A DNA stretch of 64,000 nt from an uncultured Pelobacter sp. (lineage in GTDB: Bacteria > Desulfobacterota > Desulfuromonadia > Geobacterales > Pseudopelobacteraceae). The stretch lies in contig CAZIUE010000010.1 of assembly GCA_964542535.1 (NCBI GenBank), positions 82,937 through 146,936 on the forward strand. Reading direction: 5' to 3'. Position numbers and translations under genes: made by a program. The notes beneath the pieces are model-generated. The model was not told the DNA's origin, did no database searches, and saw only the letters and a list, made by a program, of their open reading frames with translations. Below, in pieces: positions 49,190 to 59,519 of this stretch (position 1 is its first letter; each line of letters starts with the position of its first letter).

Positions 49190-50254
49190 TCAGGCCAGCA
49201 CGTCGCGGAAATATCCATTCAGCCTCGTTACAACGGTGCGTATTTCATAGTTCGTTTTCGCCTTAAGTCTGTTGTTCGAGGATATGGTTTCGCAGGCCGC
49301 GTTATTGTTGAGTAACTGCCTTATTTTACGTGCGAAATCTTCAGGCTCGCAGGACGGTACAAGGAAGCCGTTTTCCCGCTCGATGATAATTTCCGGTATG
49401 GCCGCAACGGGCCTGGATACGATCACCAGCCCCGCGCCCATACCCTCAAGTATGCTGTTGGGCATTCCTTCTCCATAACTGGTGGGGAAAAGCATGATTC
49501 CGCACCTGTTCAGAACCTGGCTTTTTTTCTCCTGCTCCAGCCAGCCGGTAAAGAGTATGGTCTCTTCCAGTCCACGGGATGAAACGTACTGCTGCAACTG
49601 TGGCAGCAATGGCCCGTCTCCAACCATGTACAGTTTTATGTCAGGGAATTCTGTAGCAAGAATTTCAACCGTTTTGACTGCGGTAAAACAGCCTTTGCCC
49701 TCGGCAAAGCGGGAGAGATACATCAGGTTTGCATAGTTGGTGTGTGTCTCTTCCCCCGTTTCTTCGTAGGTTGTTGTTTCAAGTATGATGCTGTGGGGAC
49801 AATATCCCCACGAGATCAGCAGGTCCCTGTAGTGACGAGATAAAACCAGGCACTTGTCGGGATTGAAGACGAGGCGGATCAGGCTCCGACACTTCCGGTT
49901 GACGAAGTTTGTGGTTTCCTCGTTCCATCCGCGAAAGAACACCATGGTTTTCTTGTTGAATACTCTTTTAGCCAGGATGTGGTAGATGCCGTCTCGGACG
50001 AGTGACTTTACGTCAAAAGAAGGGTTTATAACTATCAGATCATGCCGTTTGAACCGTGCAAGCAGGCTGGTCGCGTCCAGGATACCTGTGTATACGCGTC
50101 GTGCGAGACCTGGTGCGGAGCCGCACCTGCCGACGGGAAAAAAAGACACGTCGACAGTATCGGATCTGAAGTGTTTATTTACGAGCGAATAATAGTGTGC
50201 CACGCCCCCTCTTTCAGATAGGTGAGGGCAAAGAATCAAGACGCTTTTGGGCAT
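49190..50254 (-). CDS. GT4 glycosyltransferase
   Basis: LSRF..GKG, GDGP, FPTSYGEGMPNSILEGM. Confidence 0.88.
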   Translation of the reverse strand: MPKSVLILCPHLSERGGVAHYYSLVNKHFRSDTVDVSFFPVGRCGSAPGLARRVYTGILDATSLLARFKRHDLIVINPSFDVKSLVRDGIYHILAKRVFNKKTMVFFRGWNEETTNFVNRKCRSLIRLVFNPDKCLVLSRHYRDLLISWGYCPHSIILETTTYEETGEETHTNYANLMYLSRFAEGKGCFTAVKTVEILATEFPDIKLYMVGDGPLLPQLQQYVSSRGLEETILFTGWLEQEKKSQVLNRCGIMLFPTSYGEGMPNSILEGMGAGLVIVSRPVAAIPEIIIERENGFLVPSCEPEDFARKIRQLLNNNAACETISSNNRLKAKTNYEIRTVVTRLNGYFRDVLA

Positions 50255-50279
50255 GATCCCTCCCTTTCCGGCGTCACGC

Positions 50280-51494
50280 TCATAATGATCTGAATAACTC
50301 CACAAGCAGCCTGCCGTTGTTCAAAGGATTGAAATACATACGGCATTTCTCTCTGCCCGAGCGGCCGATCCGGATCGCATGGTCCTGTTGTGTGATGAGA
50401 AACCTGATGGCCTCCTCGATGTCCCGTACATCCCCTGGTGTCGTGAGCAGTGCGTCCTTCATATGCTCCAGGTACCGGGTTACGTCGCTGTTTCTTGATG
50501 CGATAACCGGATTTCCCGTTGCCAGGTACTCGCCAAGTTTGAAGGGAAAGCCGGCATTGGCGAAATCGGTGCTCGTTCTTGTCATGCACAAGATATCCGC
50601 GTCACGGAGAAAATCGTAGAACTGCTCATCATCGAGATACCCTACCAGGTGTATTGCCGGGTTCCTCTCGATTCTCTTCCTGATATGGGCCATGCGTTCA
50701 TCACTTCCCTTTCCGGTAAGGAACAGCTTGATATCCTCCGTGGTGTCCCGCACGGATTCGAAGGCGTCTATGAGGTCGTCCACTCCATCCTTGGTGGCAA
50801 AACTGCCCGAGTATACGAGTCTGACCGGTGAATGAAAGCAGTGCTTATGCGGGCCGTCATCTGCTTGTGCCGACACCGGGATCAGTCGTATGGATTCCCT
50901 GTTGCGACATAACGTGGAATATTTTTTGTACAGGTGCGTTGAAATGACGACGACCCCATCGGCGATGAGGTGTAAAAAACGCTCGAATAATGAAATGGAT
51001 TTTACTTTTATCCTGGAAAGACGGGACAACCCTCCGCCAAACACGGCATAGTCCTCGACGATATCAAAAACTACTCTGTATCCGAGCAATTTGGCCGTTA
51101 CGACGAACACGATGTTTTCGATACTCGGGCTGCCATAGCAAAAGCATATATTCTTGCTCTTCCGTACTTTCCAGCGCAGCAGGCAGATGAATCCTTCCCA
51201 CAGGTAGAGCGGAAGACGCCAAACCAGACGCACATCTGGCGTCAAACCGCTCCCGATTTTTCTGTACAGTGTCCCTCGGTACCATCCCGACGATTCTTGG
51301 GGTGACACCTCCTTCGCGCCCCGATCCAACAGCAACAGGGTAACGGTGAATCCATGGCTTTGCAGAGCATCAATGAAATGCTGCACTCGTTTCGTTGCGG
51401 CCATTCCCTGGGGGTAGGAAAATCTTCCCACAATGACAACGTTTATGTCTTCTCCCGCAGGAAGAGGGCGCGTCGATAGGGACTCATGATTCAT
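50280..51494 (-). CDS. GT4 glycosyltransferase
   Basis: YSGSF..KDG, FPFKLGEYLATGNPVI; start uncertain (51494-51515). Confidence 0.85.
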   Translation of the reverse strand: MNHESLSTRPLPAGEDINVVIVGRFSYPQGMAATKRVQHFIDALQSHGFTVTLLLLDRGAKEVSPQESSGWYRGTLYRKIGSGLTPDVRLVWRLPLYLWEGFICLLRWKVRKSKNICFCYGSPSIENIVFVVTAKLLGYRVVFDIVEDYAVFGGGLSRLSRIKVKSISLFERFLHLIADGVVVISTHLYKKYSTLCRNRESIRLIPVSAQADDGPHKHCFHSPVRLVYSGSFATKDGVDDLIDAFESVRDTTEDIKLFLTGKGSDERMAHIRKRIERNPAIHLVGYLDDEQFYDFLRDADILCMTRTSTDFANAGFPFKLGEYLATGNPVIASRNSDVTRYLEHMKDALLTTPGDVRDIEEAIRFLITQQDHAIRIGRSGREKCRMYFNPLNNGRLLVELFRSL

Positions 51495-52782
51495 TGTCGT
51501 CATCTTGAGCGTCATCGGCGAGATAGCCGTGGCATCTGCCGGCCAGCAGACAAAGAAAATAGCTGTAAGGGGTTAAAGATGGATGGGAATAAGTGCTTAC
51601 CCCAAGGCAGGCAATCCCCCACAGGATCAGCAATGCCGAGGCAGCGGCATCGTCTTCCCGGGCTCCCCTGAAGTATGCCCGGAATCCGGGGACGATAATC
51701 AGGATGATGTAGGGGATAAGGATGGGCACGCCACCGATAAACGCCATCCACACGAACGAATTGTCGAAATACTGGTACTCCTCGTCGCCGAAAAACCAAG
51801 TGCCGTTTGGCCCTCGCCCCAGAATCAAATCGGAAGCCGGAACCTGATCGAAAAACTCCAGGTACTGGCCGGTGCGGGTGTCGTCATACATGCGCTCTCC
51901 CAGCATGCCGAAGGCTGTACCAACTTCTTTCTGGAACAGCACACCGGCGACCAGAAGTAAAGCCAGTATGGACAAGATGACTTTGCCGCGGACAAAACGT
52001 GGTTCATCACCCTCGTCGCTGGAAGGGGACCTGATGAACAAAAAAGCCGTGAGCAGGAGAATTGCCATGAGAATCCATGAACGGGTCTGGGTAAAGATGG
52101 CGGTACACAGGAATGCGATATAGGGAAATGCCCGGACGTATAGTCTCCATCCTGTTGCTTTTCTCGATGTCAGCAGGGTCCAGCCGGCAAACCAGGCCAG
52201 AACGATCATAATCAGCACGGGGCCGGATTCGAACCTCACATCGATTTCCCTGTGCGTTGCAACGGCATACATTGCCAGGGCGGCCGTAAGGTATGAGAGG
52301 GTCGTGCTGACCGATCCGAGGAGACGCCATATCGTTTGTTTCATGCCGGCAAAGAGCAGAATACAGGAAAGCCAGACCAGGGGGCCGGTCGCTCCCAGCG
52401 CCTTCCAGGAAAGATAGTCTTTCAGTTCGTAGGTGACGAGTGCCCAGCAGATACTTGCCGTCTGCATCGTCCAGAACGCAATTTTGGCCGACGGGCACAG
52501 CCTTCTGTATTGGCCGGAAACGGCCGCCAGCATACCCGCGCCAATGACCGACACTATGCCCGTTGCATGCAGGAGGTAGTAGAGCGCCGGCTTGCTCTGC
52601 GGATCGTGGTAGGCGTTATCCGGGTTGATGCCGACGGTCAGCGCCACCATCATCGCCGCGCACCATGATGCAATCAGGGCGATGGAGGCGAGCAGCGAGA
52701 CGGTTCCGTCGAAACGGTACTCATCGTCGTCAGGGAGATAGTCCATACATCCTTCCGCATGCTCGTTGACCTGTTGTGACAT
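51484..52782 (-). CDS. wzy: Wzy-like polysaccharide polymerase / O-antigen-ligase-like membrane protein
   Basis: About 11 TM segments, TQTRS, periplasmic loop DTR...ILGRG..G...DN; position in cluster. Confidence 0.65.
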   Translation of the reverse strand: MSQQVNEHAEGCMDYLPDDDEYRFDGTVSLLASIALIASWCAAMMVALTVGINPDNAYHDPQSKPALYYLLHATGIVSVIGAGMLAAVSGQYRRLCPSAKIAFWTMQTASICWALVTYELKDYLSWKALGATGPLVWLSCILLFAGMKQTIWRLLGSVSTTLSYLTAALAMYAVATHREIDVRFESGPVLIMIVLAWFAGWTLLTSRKATGWRLYVRAFPYIAFLCTAIFTQTRSWILMAILLLTAFLFIRSPSSDEGDEPRFVRGKVILSILALLLVAGVLFQKEVGTAFGMLGERMYDDTRTGQYLEFFDQVPASDLILGRGPNGTWFFGDEEYQYFDNSFVWMAFIGGVPILIPYIILIIVPGFRAYFRGAREDDAAASALLILWGIACLGVSTYSHPSLTPYSYFLCLLAGRCHGYLADDAQDDDNES

Positions 52783-52816
52783 GATGACCTCACTCGTGGC
52801 TTTGCCCATTGTCGGG

Positions 52817-54133
52817 CTATCCCCTTCTCGAAAACCGCACCAGGGCAAGCAGCAACAGGCTCGTCCCGATGGAATAACTGTGCAGGTGAGCAAGCGCCAG
52901 TGTCCGGGAACATGCGGCCATTCCGGCAAAACATAACAGCAGCAAGAGTCCGCCACGCACGATGTCCAGGAAAAACATCTGTTTCGACTGCTCGCCAGCC
53001 CATAATCCTGCTGAGGCTATCGTCCACGCCGCACTCACGCAACTGGTAAGGGCAATAATCCGCAAGACGTCATACCCTCTGGCAAACTCGGGCCCATACC
53101 AGACCATCAGTTGTTCGGAAAACAGATACACCGGAAACGACAGTAGCAGCACAAAAAGCGTACCCATTCCCCCCGCCCCCAGAAGAGTCTTCCTGAAACC
53201 GCTTCTGTTGCCGGTCGCATACAGGTTCGACAGGAGGGGGACCGTAACCTGGAAAATCCTCTGGGGAATGAAGATGATAATATTCTGGAGCCGTTGCGCC
53301 GCGTTGAACAGGGCGAATTCCGGGACTCCCCCGGGTTGGCGCACCAGCAGTATCCCGGCGAACCAGTTGGTCAGGTTCATGGCCATTCCGCTCAGCCAGA
53401 CCAGTGCGGACATCCGCAGGATACTACGTTCTCCCCAGGCTCCGTGATAGCTTATTGCGATGGAGAAGCCCGCGCACTGTGTTCTGATGTACCATTGTCC
53501 GAAGATACAGCCGACCAGGCTTATGATGGCGAATGCAACGATTGCTCCGTACAGGCCGGCGGAGTACGCCCCCATGATAACGACGGGCAGGAGAAACAAT
53601 GCCTGCCAGATGCTGATCCGGGCACTTCGGTTAAATGCTTCAAGTCCCGCCAGGATGCGCAACTGGATGCTGTTAATCATCTCACAGATGAGCCACAGCG
53701 CAGCGAGTCGCAATTCCGTAGAAATGCTGCTTCCCGGTAGAAGCTTTCTCGAAATACTTTGCGAAAACAGAGCCAGACAGGCTCCCGCCATACATGCCAT
53801 GGCACAGGTAAACGCCAGGGAAAAACCTATGATGCGTCCGGCTCTTTTCGGGTCGGTGGTTCTGGTTCTTGCAACATACGTGGTGCTTGAGAGGCCTATC
53901 CCTGCCTGTCCAAAGCCGCTTAGCATCAGTATCGTGCCCTGAACAACCGCCAGTTTCCCGAAATCCGCAATGCCAAGGAAGCGCGCCGCCACGATCCCCG
54001 CAAGAAACTGCGCCCCCTGTCTCAAGGATGATCCCAGCACGACCCATGCCATGCCGCGAGCAAAGCGCTCGCGCAACGAGTTGTCCGGGAAGTGCCGTGA
54101 AAACAGCTGGCCGAAGAAGCGGAGTACTCCCAT
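52817..54133 (-). CDS. wzx: Wzx oligosaccharide flippase
   Basis: ARFLG...FG motif, multi-TM MOP-type pattern, YGPEF. Confidence 0.8.
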   Translation of the reverse strand: MGVLRFFGQLFSRHFPDNSLRERFARGMAWVVLGSSLRQGAQFLAGIVAARFLGIADFGKLAVVQGTILMLSGFGQAGIGLSSTTYVARTRTTDPKRAGRIIGFSLAFTCAMACMAGACLALFSQSISRKLLPGSSISTELRLAALWLICEMINSIQLRILAGLEAFNRSARISIWQALFLLPVVIMGAYSAGLYGAIVAFAIISLVGCIFGQWYIRTQCAGFSIAISYHGAWGERSILRMSALVWLSGMAMNLTNWFAGILLVRQPGGVPEFALFNAAQRLQNIIIFIPQRIFQVTVPLLSNLYATGNRSGFRKTLLGAGGMGTLFVLLLSFPVYLFSEQLMVWYGPEFARGYDVLRIIALTSCVSAAWTIASAGLWAGEQSKQMFFLDIVRGGLLLLLCFAGMAACSRTLALAHLHSYSIGTSLLLLALVRFSRRG

Positions 54134-54325
54134 GGCTGTTCATCGCTTTCCGTGTGCTGACACAAAGGGAGGAACGTTGCTTTTCGTTGTTTCACGGCCA
54201 CGGATCAGCAGCCCCATGGCTGGGCTGATGGTGTCAAATCCGTTCCGGAAGCACATTGGTGGTGTCACCGGGGAGAAACGTTCCCCTTGTTCAGTGAACG
54301 CGGCAGGCCCGTTGCACTGTTATGT

Positions 54326-55387
54326 CTAACTGCCGGGGCTTCTTTCCAGCAATTCCAGGATCTTCTCGACGATCGCTTTCAGCGCTGGACGGTTCTCCCG
54401 GTCTGGGGAAGCAGGTCGTGCCCATTTGCGGAGAGTCACCCGGGTGTTCAGGTCCTCCGCGTTTTCCAGAAGCGTCAGCCGGCCACTCTTAGACAGATAC
54501 CTGTCCACCGCGCCTATCTCTCCTCTGAATATGCTGTAAACCGGTACACCCAACGCCGCTGCCTCGCGATTCATGGTACCGCCACCACTGATAACGAGAT
54601 CCGAATACCAGATCAGGTTGAGTCCGTCCAGCACCCGGTCGGGGATCACGACTTTCCGCTCACTGATCAGGGCAGGCCATGTTTTGCCTATGTAATCCGT
54701 CTGGTGGTCGTTTCTGGGTAATATCACCATGCGGAGATTGTCGATTCCGGCGAGCCAGGTGATGGTGGCATGAAACAGATCGTCACTCTTGGGATTATGG
54801 TAGTGGGCTTCGTTTGCGGGAGGGCGGATGGTGACTACGATCTCGTTTTCGGAGATGCCCAGTTCCGACAGTATGCCCGCTTGTGGGATGAAAGCGGGAA
54901 CGTAGACATCTTCCTTTATGCCGGGATAGGTGCTGATACGGGAGGGATTCCGCCAATGCTGTTCAGCGGGGATGGTATCCGGGACCATCAGCCAGTCTGA
55001 ACTGAGAAACAAGGGCATTTTGTTGGCATGCTCGTAATCTGAGAGCTGGAGCGCGGGAATGTGCAGCATCTTTGCCGCGAGCAGCTGGGAGCGGGAACCG
55101 TGGGCAACTGCAAGGGAGGGAAGGGGGGTACCCATGCTTTGTTTCATCTGCAGTGCCCGTATCACGGCCCCCAGGATCTTGAACAGTTTGTGCTTTCCGT
55201 AGTGATGTCCGATTCTCTGGTAGGTGAGACCGTACAGGTCGGCCAGTCCGCAGACCTGGAAGCAGTCGCGTGCGGTAATGATTACCCCGTAACCATATCC
55301 CCGCAGCTCGTCGATGATCGGCTTGAAGAAGGGGACATGGGGTGAATTTTCCAGGTCAATCCACAGCGTTTTGTTTTTCGCGTTCAT
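54326..55387 (-). CDS. DUF354 family (GT-B-like) protein
   Basis: WIDL.NSPHV.FF.P, GGGTMNREAAALG.P, GAVD.YL. Confidence 0.85.
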   Translation of the reverse strand: MNAKNKTLWIDLENSPHVPFFKPIIDELRGYGYGVIITARDCFQVCGLADLYGLTYQRIGHHYGKHKLFKILGAVIRALQMKQSMGTPLPSLAVAHGSRSQLLAAKMLHIPALQLSDYEHANKMPLFLSSDWLMVPDTIPAEQHWRNPSRISTYPGIKEDVYVPAFIPQAGILSELGISENEIVVTIRPPANEAHYHNPKSDDLFHATITWLAGIDNLRMVILPRNDHQTDYIGKTWPALISERKVVIPDRVLDGLNLIWYSDLVISGGGTMNREAAALGVPVYSIFRGEIGAVDRYLSKSGRLTLLENAEDLNTRVTLRKWARPASPDRENRPALKAIVEKILELLERSPGS

Positions 55388-55475
55388 GGTTGTGGTTCCT
55401 CGGTGCGGGAAAGGGAACGTGAAACGGAAACCAACCCTTCATTCCGCTGCTGGATTTGATATGTGTATGCGGATA

Positions 55476-56030
55476 CTACTCCACCCGTTCGAGCCATTCC
55501 TCGCGCCAGAAGAAGAAACAGCTGCGGTCACAGGCTCCGAAATCCCTGGTCCCTTGGCAGATGACTCCCTCCAGAATGACGATCCCCCTGCATTTCTTGA
55601 CACGGTAGTCCCGCTCGTCGAGGAATTTATCCACCCGCTTCAGGACGTTCTGTCTCGTGCCGCAGTATGGCCACATCTCCTGCATGAACGAGCAGCCGCC
55701 CAGCTGGTGCCAGTTATTCAGGGTTTGCATGATTTCCTGTTGCGACTTGACGCGCACGGTATCCCCGGCTTGCAGAGGAGGGGCTGCCGGTCCGCGGGCC
55801 TCGATGGAACGGTCGCTTTTCCATTGGAAAAGCAGTTTGCGGAGGAAATAGTAGCGCCTTTTCAGTATCCGTTTGATGCGGTTCCGAAGCTGCCAGAGTC
55901 TTTCGAAGATCCCCTGTCTCTCCACGATATCCGGGATGGAAAAAATCTGGCAGGGGTGCTGCGCGCCTGAACGCGGGGAGGGCGTCATGTCGGGCCGAGC
56001 TTGTACGCTTTTGTGGTTTTTCGTGGGCAT
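55476..56030 (-). CDS. conserved Cys-rich hypothetical protein
   Basis: L.AGD.VRVKS..EI, FM.EM..YCG, LEG..C.G....CDRSCFFFW.E.WL. Confidence 0.7.
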   Translation of the reverse strand: MPTKNHKSVQARPDMTPSPRSGAQHPCQIFSIPDIVERQGIFERLWQLRNRIKRILKRRYYFLRKLLFQWKSDRSIEARGPAAPPLQAGDTVRVKSQQEIMQTLNNWHQLGGCSFMQEMWPYCGTRQNVLKRVDKFLDERDYRVKKCRGIVILEGVICQGTRDFGACDRSCFFFWREEWLERVE

Positions 56031-56085
56031 GGCTGGACTCCAACGGAGAGTTCGGCTCGTCATGACGAGCCATTGCGGTGGATGT

Positions 56086-57198
56086 TCACAGGTAGTTGTA
56101 AAATAAGCGTCCCAGCTGGATCAGCAGGGTGTCGGGCATGTGGGGACAGACTTTCCTCAGGATGCGGTACTGGAATGAACGCTCTTTTGATTCATAGTCG
56201 TCGTTTTCCTGTCCTGGACAATAACTGTGAGTAATATCATCGAGTTTCGTTCCCCAGTGTTTTTTGAATTCCATCAAGGCACTGTTGGTGGGGGAGGTGG
56301 CGCCGAAGTCGAAAACAGCGTACCCCTCCTCCCGGGCGGCCTTGATGGCTTCCCAGAACAGGTAGTGATTGGGGCTTATGTCGCGGCAGCCGGCATCCCA
56401 GGCAAGGAATTCAGCGGAAACGCGGTCCCGGAATTTGAACAGGATCAACCCCGACAGGATGCGCTGTTGCTGCTTGGCGAGCAGGAGTGACATGGTGCCA
56501 CGTGCGCCGAATTCCCGCCAGAGTGAGCTCAGGAAGCGGTATGGTTGCGGAGGAAAACCAAGACGTTTTCGCGTCTTGACGAACAACCTGAAAAACGATC
56601 TCAGGTCAGACTCATCCTGGCCGGCAACCAGGCTCAGGCCGCTGCTTGCTGCCCGGGTGATTCTCTGCCTGACGCAGGAGCGATGGAACGAACGGAACAG
56701 CTCTTCTTGGCTCTTGTCCAGATCGATGGAGTGGGTTTTCAGGAAATGGTGCCTGCTGAATCGATCGTCGTTCAGCAGCGCAGTTGCTTCAAGACTCCGA
56801 ATTTCAAGTGACGGCACGCTCCTCTGCCGATGCAACCCGAGGGCGGCATCCACGAGGGTGCACAGGTCGGCGGCGGATGAAACAAGGGGATCGCACAGTG
56901 TCGCGTGGGGTATGCTTATCAGCCGGCGACCGGAGACCCAGCCTCTCCGCTCGAACAGCGGCAGAGCCGCCCTCAGGCCGGTCTCGTTCTGATCGGACAG
57001 AGCCAGGCAGTACCCCTTCACATTTGAGAAACTCGCCTCAAGCGCTTTTTTCCAGCCGGCAGTATGGGCGATCTTCCCGAAGGGGTGTCGTTCCACGAAG
57101 GCATCCCAACGTGGGTCGCTGAGCGGATCGAGCAGAAACACTTCCCCGTTGCCGTTCCCCTGTATGTCCAGACCTGGTGCAGCTCCGTGAACAGCCAT
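56086..57198 (-). CDS. FemAB-like GNAT family protein
   Basis: WDAFVE.HP, SPNHYLFWEAI, FDFG.TSP.N..L.EFK.HWG. Confidence 0.85.
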   Translation of the reverse strand: MAVHGAAPGLDIQGNGNGEVFLLDPLSDPRWDAFVERHPFGKIAHTAGWKKALEASFSNVKGYCLALSDQNETGLRAALPLFERRGWVSGRRLISIPHATLCDPLVSSAADLCTLVDAALGLHRQRSVPSLEIRSLEATALLNDDRFSRHHFLKTHSIDLDKSQEELFRSFHRSCVRQRITRAASSGLSLVAGQDESDLRSFFRLFVKTRKRLGFPPQPYRFLSSLWREFGARGTMSLLLAKQQQRILSGLILFKFRDRVSAEFLAWDAGCRDISPNHYLFWEAIKAAREEGYAVFDFGATSPTNSALMEFKKHWGTKLDDITHSYCPGQENDDYESKERSFQYRILRKVCPHMPDTLLIQLGRLFYNYL

Positions 57199-57206
57199 CA
57201 CCGCAC

Positions 57207-58139
57207 CTACCTCTCTCCGGGGGATCGCTCTCTCCAGAAACGGGCCATCTCCCGCGGCAGTACATGCCAACAGTGGTTTCCGTGGCGCTCCCTGACGTAT
57301 TCCAGGAAGCGTTTGTAGTGTTCCACGCAGTAGCTGGAGCAGTTGCGTGTCTGCCCTGAAAAATCCATGTAATCGGGATGGGTGTTTATAAGCGCCATGC
57401 CGCCATGCTCGCAAATCCAGTCCAGTTTCCGTTGCCAGAGATCAATGGTTCTCTCCTTGAAGAGAACGAACAGGGTGAAATCCTGGGGGAGCGTATAAGG
57501 TAATTCCACGTATCCCATGCGCTTGCCGCCGGGATTTGCCGGTACCCAAAACGGGAAGATCGTCCGCATGCCGTCGGGTTGAGGCTCAAAGGGGTCGGTG
57601 TCGAATGTCGAGGCATCGTAGGCAATGTCCAGGTCGTGAAGCCACGTAAGGTTGTGATACATGCAGGGGGACCGGAATCCCACCGCTCCCCATTTCTTGA
57701 GATACCCATTGATTACCGCAGCCTGAAACGCGAACTTTTCTCTCGATTCGTACATGCTCCGATCGTGCCAGAGACCGTGGATTCCCACCTCAAAGCCGTC
57801 GTTCTCCAATCGGCTGCGCACCTCAGGGGAGACGTTGTTGGTGATGACGAAGTTGAACGACGACCGGAATCCCAGGTCTTTTTCCATGTCGGCCAGCAGT
57901 CGGCATGTTTCCTGTCCCCTCGCGGATTCCACATCGTGGGTCAACACCAGGGCGAAGCGCTTGTTCTCGGGCCATCCGTCCCAGTTGTCGGGAATCGTGC
58001 CCGCCCGTCTGTCGATGGGCCACGCGTTTCTGTGAAGCCATCGCCTGAACAGGTTGATCCGGCTTCTGACGATGATCTGCACCGGCCTCGGGATAAACGG
58101 CTTGAGCTGATAGTATGAATCCACAAATACCCGTTTCAT
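57207..58139 (-). CDS. polysaccharide deacetylase (NodB/CE4-like)
   Basis: LTHDVE, EVGIHG..HD, GFRSP, YDAS, ELPYTL.QD, THPDY. Confidence 0.82.
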   Translation of the reverse strand: MKRVFVDSYYQLKPFIPRPVQIIVRSRINLFRRWLHRNAWPIDRRAGTIPDNWDGWPENKRFALVLTHDVESARGQETCRLLADMEKDLGFRSSFNFVITNNVSPEVRSRLENDGFEVGIHGLWHDRSMYESREKFAFQAAVINGYLKKWGAVGFRSPCMYHNLTWLHDLDIAYDASTFDTDPFEPQPDGMRTIFPFWVPANPGGKRMGYVELPYTLPQDFTLFVLFKERTIDLWQRKLDWICEHGGMALINTHPDYMDFSGQTRNCSSYCVEHYKRFLEYVRERHGNHCWHVLPREMARFWRERSPGER

Positions 58140-58166
58140 CCCGAGTCCTTTTCATCCTCGCGCCGT

Positions 58167-58433
58167 TCAGGCTCCTGCCCGCTCTCCGCCGGGACGCAAT
58201 TTGCCTTCGACGAATGCCGCGACCCTGTTGATGGAGTCGAGGTTTTCCGGGGTGAGCTCCTCGTCGGAAACGACGATGGCATACTTCTCTTCGATGAACG
58301 AGACCAGCTGCATGATCCCCGTTGAATCGATCAGCCCTTCTTCCAGAAAGGAGCAGTCGTCCGTCAGGCCGTGCTCTTCTCCGAAGAGATAACTGTCTAC
58401 TATAAAGGCTCGTATCGTTTCACTGATGCCCAC
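58167..58433 (-). CDS. acyl carrier protein
   Basis: SFLEEGLIDSTG (phosphopantetheine Ser), PENLDSI; GTG start after GGAGG. Confidence 0.88.
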   Translation of the reverse strand: MGISETIRAFIVDSYLFGEEHGLTDDCSFLEEGLIDSTGIMQLVSFIEEKYAIVVSDEELTPENLDSINRVAAFVEGKLRPGGERAGA

Positions 58434-58468
58434 AGGATTGTCGCCTCCCCCCATGTCGCTTCCGGGTG

Positions 58469-59467
58469 TCACGGTGTGTGTGAAAGTATACCATCTTCCA
58501 CCAGAAGCGGTGGAAGATGGAGATAACGGGTGGTGCCGCGTTTGGTGTCGATGTCCCGGTAGATCGTTTCAACCTGCTCCGTTGTCATACCCAGTGCATC
58601 GGCTATTTCGTTCGTCGGCACCTGGTTGGTTCTGCCGAAGAGGCAGAGATCCATCTGTCCGTAGGGGAGAGAAAAGTAGAATTCATCCTGGGTCTGCTCC
58701 AGAGAATAGGTGTCGGTGGTTGGCGTGCGTCGCCTGATTTCGTCCGGTATACCGAAATACTCCCCCAGCTGGTACACCTGTGACTTGTACAGATGGGCAA
58801 TCGGCTTGATGTCCGCGGCTCCGTCACCGAGTTTTACGAAGAATCCCTGATCGTACTCCAGGCGATTGGGGGTTCCGGCAACAGCATAATTGAGACGGTC
58901 CGCATGGTAGTATTCCAGCATTTTCCGTATGCGCTGTTTGAAGTTGGTGGCGGCGACTATTTCCAGGTACGGCTCAAGGGAGAGGCGCTTTCTGATGGGC
59001 GCTCCCGCCTCCGGCCGGGCTACAAGGTAGAAGGAGGCGTAGGCCCGCCGCTCCAGAACGTTTGACAGCACGATCTTGGATCGCCAGCCCGGGCCGTATT
59101 CGGGGATTGCCCGGCGGACCGCGGAATCGTACTTGTGGTAGAATCCGACCGCATCGAGTATGGGGGTGATCTCTTCCGTGAACGTTGCTATGCCCAGATG
59201 GGCCGCCACCATGCTGCCCAGGCGCAGGGAGTCGGCGGAGGAGTCCCGCTCGGGCATCATGAGACCGAATACCCTGTCCGGGCCCAGCGCCCTGACCGCC
59301 AGCGCCGCGGTTACGCTGCTGTCGATTCCGCCGGAGAGCCCGATCACCAGCCCGCGCCGTTTGAACTGCCGCAGCATCGTCTCGCGGATCATGCGGCTGA
59401 TCCGCGCGGTTTCTCCTTCCGGGTCAATGCGCAACGCCTCGCGCAGATCGTGCACCGTCCGTTTCAT
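58469..59467 (-). CDS. NadE-like ATP-dependent amide ligase (cluster paralogue)
   Basis: GLSGGIDSS PP-loop, NFKQRIR, GTPNRLE, FFVKLGDG.ADIKPI.HLYK.QV; no glutaminase domain. Confidence 0.85.
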   Translation of the reverse strand: MKRTVHDLREALRIDPEGETARISRMIRETMLRQFKRRGLVIGLSGGIDSSVTAALAVRALGPDRVFGLMMPERDSSADSLRLGSMVAAHLGIATFTEEITPILDAVGFYHKYDSAVRRAIPEYGPGWRSKIVLSNVLERRAYASFYLVARPEAGAPIRKRLSLEPYLEIVAATNFKQRIRKMLEYYHADRLNYAVAGTPNRLEYDQGFFVKLGDGAADIKPIAHLYKSQVYQLGEYFGIPDEIRRRTPTTDTYSLEQTQDEFYFSLPYGQMDLCLFGRTNQVPTNEIADALGMTTEQVETIYRDIDTKRGTTRYLHLPPLLVEDGILSHTP

Positions 59468-59519
59468 TGTCATCCTTCTCCGTTTACCTGTGTAGGGGAC
59501 CTGCGTCGCGCGGCGCCCG

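Noticed and set aside
54155..54295. Imperfect inverted repeat (CTGACACAAAGGGAGGAACGTT / AACGTTCCCCTTGTTCAG) as a MITE
   Set aside because: Gapped match, single copy in the window, no target duplication seen
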